Assembly: GCA_034433795.1 (NCBI GenBank) | Contig: DAOUAE010000002.1 | Location: forward strand, 133,939 to 197,938 | Source of the DNA: Chloroflexota bacterium | Lineage (GTDB): Bacteria; Chloroflexota; UBA6077; FW602-bin22; DAOUAE01 | Direction: 5' to 3' | Length of the DNA: 64,000 nucleotides | Shown: positions 20,029-29,013 of the stretch, piece after piece | How the letters are laid out: each line of letters starts with the position of its first letter | Position numbering within the stretch: the first letter of the stretch is position 1 | The notes under the pieces: generated by a model | What the model saw: only the letters and a program-made list of their open reading frames with translations | Told to the model about the DNA's origin: nothing | The model's database searches: none | Program-made: the position numbers and the translations under genes

Positions 20029-20109
20029 TCGTCTACGCTTACAATCGCCACACGGCCCATCGCTCCCGCCCACGGGCGGGTCGCGCCTCGGGTCTCCGAA
20101 GGAGGAGCC

Positions 20110-20778
20110 GTGTCTCCCCGTCGTCTGCTGGTCTTCATCGCCCTGGCGGTCCTGCCGGTCGTGCTGGCTGTCGTCCTGGTCGGCGTCGACCTGACGACGC
20201 TGCTGGGAGGGGCTATCTGGACCGAGAACGCCATGATCGCCGGCGAGGTTCACCAGGTGAGCGCCCCGGCCACCGGACAGGTCAGCGACCTGCTGGTCGA
20301 GGCCGGCGACGAGGTCGAACGGGGCCAGCCGCTGCTCACGCTGGTCCTGGCGCCGGGCGCCAGTCCCACCGCGCGTCTGGCCGCCCGGGTGCGGGCGCCG
20401 GCCGACGGCAAACTCCTGCAGGTGGCGGTCGTCCGGGGACAGATCGTGAACGCCGGACAGCCGGTCGCCTTCCTGGCCGATCCCCAGCGCCTCTGGGTGA
20501 TGGCCTTTCTCGATGAGACCAGCGCCCGGTCGGTGCGGGTCGGGCAGCGGGCCGAGGTCTACCTCCCGGCCTTCGACCGGACGCTGACCGGCTGGGTGGC
20601 TGAGGTGCTCCCCGCCACCACCCCAGGCGGCACACCGCCGGCCACCCCCGGCGGACGGCCGGCCGGGGCTGGCCCCGCCCGTCCCCAGCCGGTGGTGCCG
20701 GTCAAGATCGCGGTGGAGACGCTGCCCGAGGGGGCCCTTCCCGGGCTCTCGGCCAGCGTCCGGATCCTCACCCGTTGA
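20110..20778 (+). CDS. HlyD-family membrane-fusion/barrel-sandwich protein (short, orphan)
   Basis: GTG 20110 follows GGAGGAG. N-terminal TM anchor, lipoyl-like hairpins (VSAPATGQVSDLLVEAGDEVERGQPLL; VRAPADGKLLQVAVVRGQIVNAGQPV) and a beta-barrel segment. No pump or ABC partner is adjacent. Confidence 0.7.
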   Translation: MSPRRLLVFIALAVLPVVLAVVLVGVDLTTLLGGAIWTENAMIAGEVHQVSAPATGQVSDLLVEAGDEVERGQPLLTLVLAPGASPTARLAARVRAPADGKLLQVAVVRGQIVNAGQPVAFLADPQRLWVMAFLDETSARSVRVGQRAEVYLPAFDRTLTGWVAEVLPATTPGGTPPATPGGRPAGAGPARPQPVVPVKIAVETLPEGALPGLSASVRILTR

Positions 20779-22105
20779 CCCGCGCCGGCGCGCCGACCAG
20801 GGGCGGCTGCGGCAGGACGACGCGCACCCGTGTGCCCTGACCGGGGGCGCTCTGGAGGTCGATGGTCCCCCCATGGGCCTCGACCAGCGCCCGGGCCATC
20901 GTCAGCCCCAGCCCCAGGCCGGGCTGGCCGGCCGCAGCCGCCCCACGGTAGAACTTCTCCCAGACCCGGGGCTGCTCGTCTGGAGGAATGCCGGGGCCGG
21001 CGTCCGCCACCTCGATCCAGACCCCCTCCGGCTCCTGACCGGCCCGCACGCAGACCGGTCCTTCCGGCGCATAGCGCAGGGCGTTCTCCAGCAGCCGCTC
21101 GACCACCTGGCGGAGGCGGTCGGCGTCGGCGAAGGCCGGCAGCGCCGGGGGAAGATCGACCTGGAGCCGGCTGGCCAGCGGGCGGAAACGCTCATCGGCC
21201 ACCACCCGCTGCAGGACCGGTGTCAGGTCGGTCCAGGCCGGCTGGACCACCAGCGTCCGGCGCTCCAGCCGGCCGAGGTCCAGGAGATCGTCGACCAGGC
21301 GGATCAGGACCCGGGCGCTGCGGACGATCTGCTCACCGATCTGACGGATCTGCTCGGGGGTGAAGCGCTCCCCCCGGGCCGCCATCAGCTGGGCGTAGCC
21401 GTAGATGACCGCCAGCGGCGTGCGCAGCTCGTGGGAGACGGTGGCGAGAAACTCGCTTTTCAGGCGGTCCAGAGCCCGCAGGGCCGCCGCCTCGGCCGCC
21501 TGCCGGGCCGCCTCGGCTCGCTCGACGGCCAGACGGACCAGGGCCTCGTTGAGGGCCGAGACCGCCCGGTAGCGGGCGATGATGACCGCGACCTGGTCGG
21601 CCAGAAAGGTCAGGGCCTCGACCTGGCGGGGATCGATGGGGTCGGCCGAGGGCAGCATATCCACGGAGATGATCCCCAGGATTTGCCCATCGGCCCGGAG
21701 GGCCACGCAGGCGTTGTTGGGCGGGGCGGTCGCGTCCACCACGGGGCGGGCGCCGTGGGCCGGCACCGCTCGTCCCGGCGGACGCTCCAGCCGCCGCAGG
21801 ACCACCTGCTGGCCGGCGATGATCTCCCGCGAGCCGACGAACTGCCCGATCGGGAGGACGAGGTCATGCTCGTCGACCTCCCGACCGTCCCAGTCGGTCC
21901 CCCAGGTGCCGCGCAGGAGGCTGGGGTCGTGGGGCTCGAGGAGCCAGATGCCGGCCCGCCGGAAGCCCAGACGGAGCAGCCCGGCCCGCAGCAGGCGGAG
22001 ACAGGCGTCAGGGTCGGACTGGCTGGCGGCCTCCGCCGCCAGCCGGCGGGCGATGGCCAGAAGCCGGCGCGGACGGAGCCGGTCCGACGCGCGCTCCGGA
22101 GCCAT
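20768..22105 (-). CDS. cytoplasmic sensor histidine kinase with GAF-like input domain
   Basis: H-box SHELRTPLAVIYGY, N-box LENALRYAP, G1 DAGPGI and G2 GLGLGL. No TM segment. The start overlaps the response-regulator stop (TGATG). Confidence 0.88.
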   Translation of the reverse strand: MAPERASDRLRPRRLLAIARRLAAEAASQSDPDACLRLLRAGLLRLGFRRAGIWLLEPHDPSLLRGTWGTDWDGREVDEHDLVLPIGQFVGSREIIAGQQVVLRRLERPPGRAVPAHGARPVVDATAPPNNACVALRADGQILGIISVDMLPSADPIDPRQVEALTFLADQVAVIIARYRAVSALNEALVRLAVERAEAARQAAEAAALRALDRLKSEFLATVSHELRTPLAVIYGYAQLMAARGERFTPEQIRQIGEQIVRSARVLIRLVDDLLDLGRLERRTLVVQPAWTDLTPVLQRVVADERFRPLASRLQVDLPPALPAFADADRLRQVVERLLENALRYAPEGPVCVRAGQEPEGVWIEVADAGPGIPPDEQPRVWEKFYRGAAAAGQPGLGLGLTMARALVEAHGGTIDLQSAPGQGTRVRVVLPQPPLVGAPARVNG

Positions 22106-22494
22106 CAGTCCTGCTTTTTATTGGCCGCCGCCTCGACCTTGGCCAGCAGGTCCTGCAGGTCGAACGGCTTGGTGATCACCGCCTCGACCTGGCTGCGCGC
22201 CTGATAGTCCACGCGGCTGGTGTAGCCGGAGAGGATGATCACCGGCACCTTCTTGGCATCCCAGTCGTCCTTCAGCTCCTTGAGCACCTGCCGCCCGTCG
22301 CGGTCGGGGAGCGCCAGGTCCAGGATCACGGCCCGGGGCTTCTCGTCTTTCACGGTCTTCAGGACCTTCTCGCCGCGGCGGAGGACCAGCGGCTGGTAGC
22401 GGCGCTCCCGCAGGGTGGCCGCCAGCAGTTCGCACAGTTCGCCATCATCCTCAACGATCAGGATCTTTTTGACCTCACCGTTGGTCGTCGCCAT
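22105..22494 (-). CDS. single-domain response regulator (receiver only)
   Basis: KILIVEDD ... LDLALPDRDG ... PVIILSG ... KPF receiver motifs with no output domain. ATG 22494 lies 6 nt after AGGAGG. Confidence 0.9.
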   Translation of the reverse strand: MATTNGEVKKILIVEDDGELCELLAATLRERRYQPLVLRRGEKVLKTVKDEKPRAVILDLALPDRDGRQVLKELKDDWDAKKVPVIILSGYTSRVDYQARSQVEAVITKPFDLQDLLAKVEAAANKKQD

Positions 22495-22544
22495 GGCCAT
22501 CCTCCTGAGGACCCGCGTGATGACCAGAGGATTCAGGCGCAGGA

Positions 22545-22553
22545 ATTATAGCA
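22545..22553 (-). promoter_or_regulatory. extended -10 element TGCTATAAT (minus strand) for the RR-HK operon
   Basis: The reverse complement of ATTATAGCA at 22545-22553 is TGCTATAAT, about 50 nt upstream of the RR start. Confidence 0.5.
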
Positions 22554-22604
22554 GAAAGCACCTGATCTGCGGAACACGGGACGGCCGAGAGCCGGCAAGC
22601 CCCC

Positions 22605-22632
22605 TTGACAAACACCCGGCCGGCGCTACAAT
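22605..22632 (+). promoter_or_regulatory. near-consensus promoter TTGACA-16-TACAAT for the tetR/menaquinone operon
   Basis: TTGACA at 22605-22610, a 16-nt spacer and TACAAT at 22627-22632, read directly. Confidence 0.65.
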
Positions 22633-22637
22633 AGCAA

Positions 22638-22651
22638 ACCGACTGGTCGGT
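22638..22651. promoter_or_regulatory. perfect palindrome ACCGAC-TG-GTCGGT, candidate TetR operator
   Basis: A 6+2+6 inverted repeat starts 6 nt after the -10 box and covers the predicted transcription start, directly upstream of the TetR gene. Confidence 0.5.
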
Positions 22652-22675
22652 CTACACCGGCGTGCGAGGTCCGCC

Positions 22676-23272
22676 GTGCGCAACCCTGCCAGCACGCGTC
22701 AGCGCCTGCTCGAGGCGGCCATCGAGGTCTTCGCCCGCAAGGGCTACCACGGGGCGGTGGTCGAGGAGATCGTCCGCGCCTCGGAGACCTCGAAGGGGGC
22801 CTTCTACTTTCACTTTCCCAGCAAACAGGATCTCTTCCTGGCCCTGGTCGACGACCTGGTCGAGCGCCTGAGCCAGCGGGTCGAGACGGCCATCGCCAGT
22901 CAGCGCGGCGGCGTCGCCAAGGTCACGGCCGCCCTGCAGACGGTCCTGGAGGCCTTCGCCAGCCACCGCCAGATCGCCAAGATCCTCCTGATCGACATCG
23001 CCGGGGTGGGGCCGGCCATCGACCGCAAGCTGCTGGAGACCCACACCCGGCTGGCCCGGCTCATCCAGCGTCACCTCGACCGGGCGGTGGCCGAGGGCGA
23101 TATCCCGCCGCTCGACACCACCATCACCGCCTTCGCCTGGCTGGGCGCCATCAACGAGGTGGTCATCCGCTGGCTCTACACCGGCCAGCCCGATCCGCTG
23201 GACCGGGCGCTGCCGACCCTGCGGGCCCTGCTCCTCCGGAGCATCGGCCTGCCGCCGCCGACGGAGGGGTGA
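22676..23272 (+). CDS. TetR/AcrR family transcriptional regulator
   Basis: N-terminal HTH RQRLLEAAIEVFARKGYHGAVVEEIVRASETSKGAFYFHFPSKQDLF. GTG 22676 is chosen because the promoter lies inside the longer ORF-track version. Confidence 0.88.
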   Translation: MRNPASTRQRLLEAAIEVFARKGYHGAVVEEIVRASETSKGAFYFHFPSKQDLFLALVDDLVERLSQRVETAIASQRGGVAKVTAALQTVLEAFASHRQIAKILLIDIAGVGPAIDRKLLETHTRLARLIQRHLDRAVAEGDIPPLDTTITAFAWLGAINEVVIRWLYTGQPDPLDRALPTLRALLLRSIGLPPPTEG

Positions 23273-23276
23273 GACC

Positions 23277-25070
23277 GTGCCGTTCGACGATCTGGCCGCC
23301 TTCCTCCGGTGCCTGGAGGCCCAGGGTGAACTGGTCCGGGTGCGGGCGCCGGTCGATCCCGTCCTGGAGATCACCGAGATCGCCGGCCGGGTGGTTCGGC
23401 AGGGCGGGCCGGCCCTCCTCTTCGAGAGCGTCCGGGGGGCGGCGTTCCCGCTGGTGATCAATCTGTTCGGCAGCCGGCGCCGGCTGGAGCTGGCTCTGGG
23501 CTGCCCCCCGGCTCAGCTGGGGGCCGAGCTGGCCGCCGTGGTCGAACGACTCACGCCCCCCAGCCTGGGGGGGCTCTGGCGCAGTCGTCAGACGCTCCGA
23601 CGTCTGCTCAACGGACGGGTGCGGCCGGTGCGGCGGGCCCCGGTCCAGGAGGTCAGCGAGCCGCCGGACCTCGGCCGACTGCCGGCGCTCCAGTGCTGGC
23701 CGGGCGATGGCGGCCGGTTCCTCACCCTGCCGCTGGTGCTGACCCAGGACCCGCTCACAGGCCGGCGCAACCTGGGCGTCTACCGCCTGCAGGTGTTCGG
23801 GCCCGACCGCACCGGCCTGCACTGGCAGATTCAGAAGGGCGGGGGCTTCCACTACGCCCAGGCCGAACGGCTGGGCCAGCCGCTGCCGGTGGCGGTGGTC
23901 CTGGGTGGCGACCCGGCCCTTTTGCTGGCGGCGGTGGCCCCCCTGCCCGAGCCGCTCGACGAGCTGGTGGTGGCCGGGGTGCTCCGGGGCCGGCCCACGC
24001 CGGTGGTGGCGGCCCAGACGGTGCCGCTCCTGGTGCCGGCCAACGCCGAGTTCGTTCTGGAGGGCTGGGCGTTCCCCGGCGAGCGGGCGCTGGAGGGGCC
24101 CTTCGGCGACCATTTCGGGCACTACTCGGCGGCCGCCCCCTTCCCGGTCCTCCACCTCCGTCGCCTCACCCGCCGCCGGCGGGCCATCTATCCGGCGGCG
24201 GTCGTCGGGCGCCCGCCCCAGGAGGACACCGTCCTGGGCGAGGCGATGACCGAAGTCTTCGCCCCGCTGGTCCGGCTGGTCCAGCCAGAGGTGCGCGACC
24301 TCTGGGCCTACGCCCCGGCCGGCTTCCACAACCTGCTGGTGGCGGCGGTCCGCGTCCGCTACACCAAAGAGGCCCTCAAAGCCGGACTGGGGCTTCTGGG
24401 CCAGGGGCAGCTGTCGCTGACCAAGTGCCTCATCCTGGTCGATGAGGAGGTCAACCCCCGCGACTTCGGCGCCGTCCTGCGGGCCATTCGGGCCTATTTC
24501 GACCCGCGCCAGGACTTCACCCTGCTCCCGGCGACGGCCCTCGACACCCTCGATTTCACCAGCGGCCAGATGCACCTGGGCAGCAAGATGATCCTCGATG
24601 CGACCCGGGGCGGCACCCGCGAGCCGGGGCTGGCGCGGCCGGCGGTCGGCGGGGAGGAGGCCCCTCCCCCGGCCCCCTCCTGGGACCCGCGGACGGTGGC
24701 GCCGATGGTCCGCGCCTGGCGCCTCTGGGCCGACACGCTCCTGGCCGTCCGGGTGGAGAGCCACGCCCGGGCCGTCCTGGAGCAGCTGGTTCAGGCCTGC
24801 CCGGTCGGGGGGCCGTCCCTCATCGTCGCCGTCAGCCCGGACGTGGACCTGCACGACGACACCGACCTCCTCTGGGGTATTTTCACCCGCTTCGACCCGG
24901 CCCGCGACGTTCTCTTCCGCGAGGTCCGCTGGCGGGGGGCGTGGCCAGAGCACCACGGCCCCCTGGCCATCGACGCCACCTGGAAGCCGGGCTACCCCGA
25001 GCCGCTGGCGATGAGCGACGAGGTCCGCCGGCTGGTGGACCGCCGCTGGCGGGAGTACTGGAGCACCTAG
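23277..25070 (+). CDS. ubiD: UbiD-family (prenylated-FMN dependent) decarboxylase, menaquinone-type
   Basis: UbiD-like N-terminus DLAAFLRCLEAQGELVRVRAPVDPVLEITEI and collinear family body. At 597 aa it is ~100 aa longer than typical, with a Pro/Gly-rich insert near aa 440-470. Confidence 0.85.
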   Translation: MPFDDLAAFLRCLEAQGELVRVRAPVDPVLEITEIAGRVVRQGGPALLFESVRGAAFPLVINLFGSRRRLELALGCPPAQLGAELAAVVERLTPPSLGGLWRSRQTLRRLLNGRVRPVRRAPVQEVSEPPDLGRLPALQCWPGDGGRFLTLPLVLTQDPLTGRRNLGVYRLQVFGPDRTGLHWQIQKGGGFHYAQAERLGQPLPVAVVLGGDPALLLAAVAPLPEPLDELVVAGVLRGRPTPVVAAQTVPLLVPANAEFVLEGWAFPGERALEGPFGDHFGHYSAAAPFPVLHLRRLTRRRRAIYPAAVVGRPPQEDTVLGEAMTEVFAPLVRLVQPEVRDLWAYAPAGFHNLLVAAVRVRYTKEALKAGLGLLGQGQLSLTKCLILVDEEVNPRDFGAVLRAIRAYFDPRQDFTLLPATALDTLDFTSGQMHLGSKMILDATRGGTREPGLARPAVGGEEAPPPAPSWDPRTVAPMVRAWRLWADTLLAVRVESHARAVLEQLVQACPVGGPSLIVAVSPDVDLHDDTDLLWGIFTRFDPARDVLFREVRWRGAWPEHHGPLAIDATWKPGYPEPLAMSDEVRRLVDRRWREYWST

Positions 25071-25934
25071 ATGCCGCGCGTCTGGACCGTCCTGGAGGCC
25101 CTCAAGGTCGAGCACACCGTCTTCGCCCTGCCCTTCGCCTACCTGGGGATGCTTCTGGGGGCCAGCAGCCGGGGCGCCCCCCCGACGCTCCGCGAGGTGG
25201 TGCTGGTGACCGTGGCCCTGGCCGGCGCCCGGACGTTCGCCATGGCCGCCAACCGGATCGTCGACCGGGAGATCGACGCCCGCAACCCGCGGACGGCCAA
25301 CCGGGCGCTCCCACAGGGGCGGCTGCGGGTGCGCGACCTGGCCCTGGTCGGCCTGGGCGGCCTGGGGATCATGCTCCTGGCGGCCTGGCAGCTCAACGTT
25401 CTCTGCCTGGCCCTGGCGCCGCTGGCGGTGGCCGTGCTCGCGGTCTACCCCTACACCAAGCGCTTCACCTGGCTCTCGCACGCCATCCTGGGTCTGGCCG
25501 ACGGGGCCGCCCCGCTGGGCGGCTGGATGGCGGTGACCGGGGCGATCGGGCTGGAGGGGGTGCTGCTGGCCCTGGCGGTGGCCTGCTGGGTGGGCGGATT
25601 CGACCTCATCTACGCCTGTCTGGATGCCGACTTCGACCGGCAGGCCGGTCTCCACTCCGTCCCGGCCCGCTTCGGGGTGGCGACAGCCCTCCACCTCTCG
25701 ACGCTGGCCCACCTGGCGACGCTGGGGCTGCTGGCCGTGGTCGGGCGGCTGATGGGCCTCGGGGTCCTCTACTGGCTGGGGCTGGCCGTCGCCGCCGGCC
25801 TCTTTGTCTACGAGCACGCCATCGTCCGGCCCGACGACCTCTCGCGCGTCGACGTGGCCTTCTTCACGGTCAACGGCTACATCGCCATCGTGGTCTTTCT
25901 GGCCACGGCGGGAGCGCTCTATGTCCCGGTCTGA
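25071..25934 (+). CDS. ubiA: UbiA-family aromatic prenyltransferase
   Basis: Polytopic membrane protein with the Asp-rich motifs NRIVDREIDARNPRTANRALPQG and a second D-rich loop (YACLDADFD). Confidence 0.9.
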   Translation: MPRVWTVLEALKVEHTVFALPFAYLGMLLGASSRGAPPTLREVVLVTVALAGARTFAMAANRIVDREIDARNPRTANRALPQGRLRVRDLALVGLGGLGIMLLAAWQLNVLCLALAPLAVAVLAVYPYTKRFTWLSHAILGLADGAAPLGGWMAVTGAIGLEGVLLALAVACWVGGFDLIYACLDADFDRQAGLHSVPARFGVATALHLSTLAHLATLGLLAVVGRLMGLGVLYWLGLAVAAGLFVYEHAIVRPDDLSRVDVAFFTVNGYIAIVVFLATAGALYVPV

Positions 25935-26553
25935 GCCCCAGCGCCCGGTGGTCGTCGGCATCACCGGCGCCAGCGGCGCCGTTCTGGCCGCCCGGGCCGT
26001 CGAGCGGCTGGCGACCCTGGGCTATCCGCTCATCGTCACCTGCACACCGGCCGGCCGGCGGGTCTGGGCCGAGGAACTGGAGACGCCGTTCCAGAAAACG
26101 GCGGCCGCGTGGGCCGCCCGCTGGCCGGTGATCGTGGCCGACGTTCGGGACATCGGCCACCCCATCGCCAGCGGCAGTTTCCCCACCGCCGGCATGCTGG
26201 TCATCCCCTGCAGCACGGACGCTCTCTCGGCCTTCGCCACCGGTCGGGCGAGCAACCTGCTGGAGCGGGCGGTGGACGTGACCCTGAAGGAGGGGCGGCG
26301 GCTGGTGCTGGTGCCGCGGGAGACGCCGCTCTCGGCCATCCACCTGGAGAACATGCTGACCCTGGCCCGGCTGGGGGTGCGGATCGTGCCGCCGGTGCCG
26401 GCCTTCTACCTCAAGCCCACCTCGGTCGAGAGCCTGGTCGAGGCCATCGTCGACCGGGTGCTCCAGGCGCTCGACCTGCCGGGTTTCCGGCTGCGGCCCG
26501 AGGCCCAGTACCCGCCGGGCCGGGCTCTGGACACTGAACTGCGGAGGGAGTGA
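25921..26553 (+). CDS. ubiX: UbiX-family flavin prenyltransferase
   Basis: ATG 25921 overlaps the ubiA 3' end by 14 nt. VVVGITGASGAVLAARAVERL and the collinear flavoprotein fold (PCSTDALSAFATG). Confidence 0.92.
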   Translation: MSRSEPQRPVVVGITGASGAVLAARAVERLATLGYPLIVTCTPAGRRVWAEELETPFQKTAAAWAARWPVIVADVRDIGHPIASGSFPTAGMLVIPCSTDALSAFATGRASNLLERAVDVTLKEGRRLVLVPRETPLSAIHLENMLTLARLGVRIVPPVPAFYLKPTSVESLVEAIVDRVLQALDLPGFRLRPEAQYPPGRALDTELRRE

Positions 26554-27512
26554 TGGGACCCATCTGGCGCCGATGGAGCCTGCTGCTCGTGGGACTTCTG
26601 GTTCTTGCTGGCTGTCAGCTGCTCCGCCCCGGGACCCCGGCTCCGGCCACGCTCAAGGTCGGCCTTCTGCCCATCGTCGACGTGCTGCCGATGTACGTGG
26701 CCGAGGCCGAGGGGTATTTCCGGGAGGAGAACCTCAGTGTCGACCTGGTCCTCTTCGCCAGCGCTCTGGAGCGCGACGCCGCCTTCCAGGCCAAACAGCT
26801 AGACCTCCAGCTGAACGACATGATCTCGGCCATCCTGCTCAACAAGGACGGCGAGCAGCTGCGGATCGTCCGGCTGACCCACCAGGGGTCGCCGAGCAAG
26901 GCGCTGGTCTATATCCTGGCCGCCCCGAACAGTCCGGCGCGGTCGGCGGCCGATCTGCGGGGCCAGAGCCTGGCCCTCTCCAGCAACACCGTTATCGAGT
27001 ACGCCGTCGACCGGCTCTTCCGCCAGCAGGGCCTGGACCCGGCCAGCGTCCAGAAAGTCGAGGTCACCCGCATCCCGCTGCGGGTCGAGATGCTGATCAA
27101 GGGCCAGGTGGCGGCGGCGGCGCTGCCCGAGCCGATGGCCTCGCTGGCTCTCCAGCAGGGGGCCCGGCTGCTCCTGGACGACAGCCAGAGCGGGGTCGGG
27201 CACAGCGTCCTCTCGGTCCGGCAGGACGTCCTGGCCGGTCAGCCGGAGGCGGTCCGCCGCTTCCTGCGAGCCTACGAGCGGGCGGTGACCGTTATCAACG
27301 CCCAGCCGGAGAAGTACCGGCCGCTGCTCATCGAGAAGGCGCGGGTGCCGGAGAGCCTGCGCGAGAGTTTCACCGTCCCCCGCTACCCGGCGGCCCGGGT
27401 GCCGACCCCGGCCGAGGTCCAGGACGTGATGGAGTGGATGGTCAGCAAAGGGCTGATTCCGGCGGCCATCCCCTACGAGAAGATGGTCAGCGACGCTTTC
27501 CTGCCCCGATGA
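26553..27512 (+). CDS. ABC transporter substrate-binding lipoprotein, NitT/TauT (NMT1/THI5-like) family
   Basis: Signal peptide plus lipobox LLVLAGC. LKVGLLPIVDVLPMYVAEAEGYFREENL is typical of aliphatic sulfonate/nitrate/aromatic-acid type SBPs. Start is ATG 26553 (TGATG overlap) or GTG 26550. Confidence 0.85.
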   Translation: MGPIWRRWSLLLVGLLVLAGCQLLRPGTPAPATLKVGLLPIVDVLPMYVAEAEGYFREENLSVDLVLFASALERDAAFQAKQLDLQLNDMISAILLNKDGEQLRIVRLTHQGSPSKALVYILAAPNSPARSAADLRGQSLALSSNTVIEYAVDRLFRQQGLDPASVQKVEVTRIPLRVEMLIKGQVAAAALPEPMASLALQQGARLLLDDSQSGVGHSVLSVRQDVLAGQPEAVRRFLRAYERAVTVINAQPEKYRPLLIEKARVPESLRESFTVPRYPAARVPTPAEVQDVMEWMVSKGLIPAAIPYEKMVSDAFLPR

Positions 27513-28273
27513 GCATGATCCGGGTCGAGAACCTTTCGTTCGGCTACCGCCAGCCCGCCGAGCTCTTCCGGGACTTCTCCTGGACAGTCCAGCCCGGCGA
27601 GCGCTGGGCCGTCATCGGCCCCTCGGGCTGTGGCAAGACCACGCTGCTGTATCTTCTGGCGGGCCTGCGCCGGCCCAGCGGCGGCACGATCACCGTCGCC
27701 GGCCAGCCCCTTCGGGGCCCCCGTCTCCAGACCGGGCTGATCCTCCAGGATTACGGACTGCTCCCCTGGGCCCGGGCCTGGGAGAACGTGGCCCTGGGGC
27801 TGGCCATCCGGGGAGTGCCGCGCCCGGAGCGCCGGCGCCGGGCGCTGGCGTGGCTGGAGCGGCTCGGTCTTCAGGCGGTGGCCGACCGCTACCCCGCCCA
27901 GCTCTCGGGCGGGCAGCGCCAGCGGGTGGCCATCGCCCGGACCCTCATCCTGGAGCCGGACCTTCTGCTCCTCGACGAACCGTTCGCCGCCCTCGACGCC
28001 CTGACCCGTGAGGACCTGCAGGACCTGCTGGGCGCCCTCTGCGCTCAGACCACCATGGTCCTGGTGACCCACGACATCGCCGAGGCGGTCTTCCTGGCCC
28101 AGCGGCTGCTGGTCCTGGGCCGCCCACCGATCCGGCAGGGTCAGGTCATCGAGAACCCGGCGGCCGGCCAGCCGGGCTACCGGCGAACGGTCGAGTTCGC
28201 CCTCCGCTGCGCCCAGGTGCGCCAGGCCCTGGAGCGGGCTCAGGACCGCGTCGTGGCGGAGGTGGGCGGGTGA
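27509..28273 (+). CDS. ABC transporter ATP-binding protein (NitT/TauT type)
   Basis: Walker A GPSGCGKTT, signature LSGGQRQR, Walker B LLLLDEP and H-loop THD. ATGA overlap with the SBP gene. Confidence 0.93.
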   Translation: MSMIRVENLSFGYRQPAELFRDFSWTVQPGERWAVIGPSGCGKTTLLYLLAGLRRPSGGTITVAGQPLRGPRLQTGLILQDYGLLPWARAWENVALGLAIRGVPRPERRRRALAWLERLGLQAVADRYPAQLSGGQRQRVAIARTLILEPDLLLLDEPFAALDALTREDLQDLLGALCAQTTMVLVTHDIAEAVFLAQRLLVLGRPPIRQGQVIENPAAGQPGYRRTVEFALRCAQVRQALERAQDRVVAEVGG

Positions 28274-29013
28274 GGCGCTTCCTTCTGGCCGGGCTGATGC
28301 TCCTGGCGATCTGGCAGGGGCTGTCCTGGCTGGTACGCTCGCCGGTCCTGCCCGACCCGCCGACGGTGGGGCGGGTCTTCGTTCAGGCGCTGGGCGGGCG
28401 GCTGGGCGAGCACATGCTCGTCAGCGCTTACCGGGTGGTCGGGGCGATGGTCCTGGCCGGGCTGGTCGGCAGTCTTCTCGGGCTGGTCATCGGCCACCAT
28501 CCGCGCTGGAACGCGCTGGCTGCGCCGGCCATCTACCTGACCTATCCCATTCCCAAGATCGTGTTTCTACCGCTGGTTATGCTCTTCCTGGGGGTGGGCG
28601 ATGCGGCCAAGATCTTCCTCATCGCTTTGATCCTCTTTTTCCAGGTCCTGGTGGTCGTGCGCGACGCGGCGGCCAGCGTGCGCTTTGAACTGGTCCTGTC
28701 GGTGCGCTCGCTGGGGGCCACCCGCTGGCAGCTGCTGCGGTACATCTACCTTCCGGCCTGTCTGCCGGCGGTGCTGACGGGGCTGCGGGTCAGCACCGGG
28801 ACGGCCATCGCGGTGCTCTTTCTCACCGAGTCGTTCGCCACCCAGGCCGGTCTCGGCTACTATATCCTGGTCGAGACCTGGGGGCGCATGGCCTACCCGG
28901 AGATGTACGCTGGCGTTCTAGCGATGAGCCTGTTGGGGATGGGGCTCTACCTGGTCCTGGACAGGCTGGAGCGACGGCTCTGCGGCTGGCTGACGGCCGG
29001 AGGAGGGCCGTGA
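28270..29013 (+). CDS. ABC transporter permease (NitT/TauT type)
   Basis: Six TM helices, GTGA overlap with the ATPase gene, and an EAA-like loop (VRSLGATRWQLLRYIYLPACLPAV). Confidence 0.9.
   Translation: MRRFLLAGLMLLAIWQGLSWLVRSPVLPDPPTVGRVFVQALGGRLGEHMLVSAYRVVGAMVLAGLVGSLLGLVIGHHPRWNALAAPAIYLTYPIPKIVFLPLVMLFLGVGDAAKIFLIALILFFQVLVVVRDAAASVRFELVLSVRSLGATRWQLLRYIYLPACLPAVLTGLRVSTGTAIAVLFLTESFATQAGLGYYILVETWGRMAYPEMYAGVLAMSLLGMGLYLVLDRLERRLCGWLTAGGGP

Noticed and set aside
19891-20874. Upstream 328 codons of the 955-aa ORF-track version of the SBP gene
   Set aside because: The extension crosses a near-consensus promoter and the divergent HlyD-like gene and encodes low-complexity sequence. A lipoprotein signal peptide with a strong RBS starts at 19890, which I take as the true start.
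23163-25964. 933-aa minus-strand ORF opposite ubiD/ubiA
   Set aside because: A shadow ORF antisense to well-supported UbiD and UbiA homologs, with Arg/Gly/Pro/Asp-rich junk composition and no RBS.
26573-27508. N-terminal 312 codons of the 566-aa ORF that ends as the ABC ATPase
   Set aside because: This part is out of frame with, and fully overlapped by, the well-supported SBP gene. ATPase homology begins at MSMIRVENL (ATG 27509, ATGA-coupled to the SBP stop).
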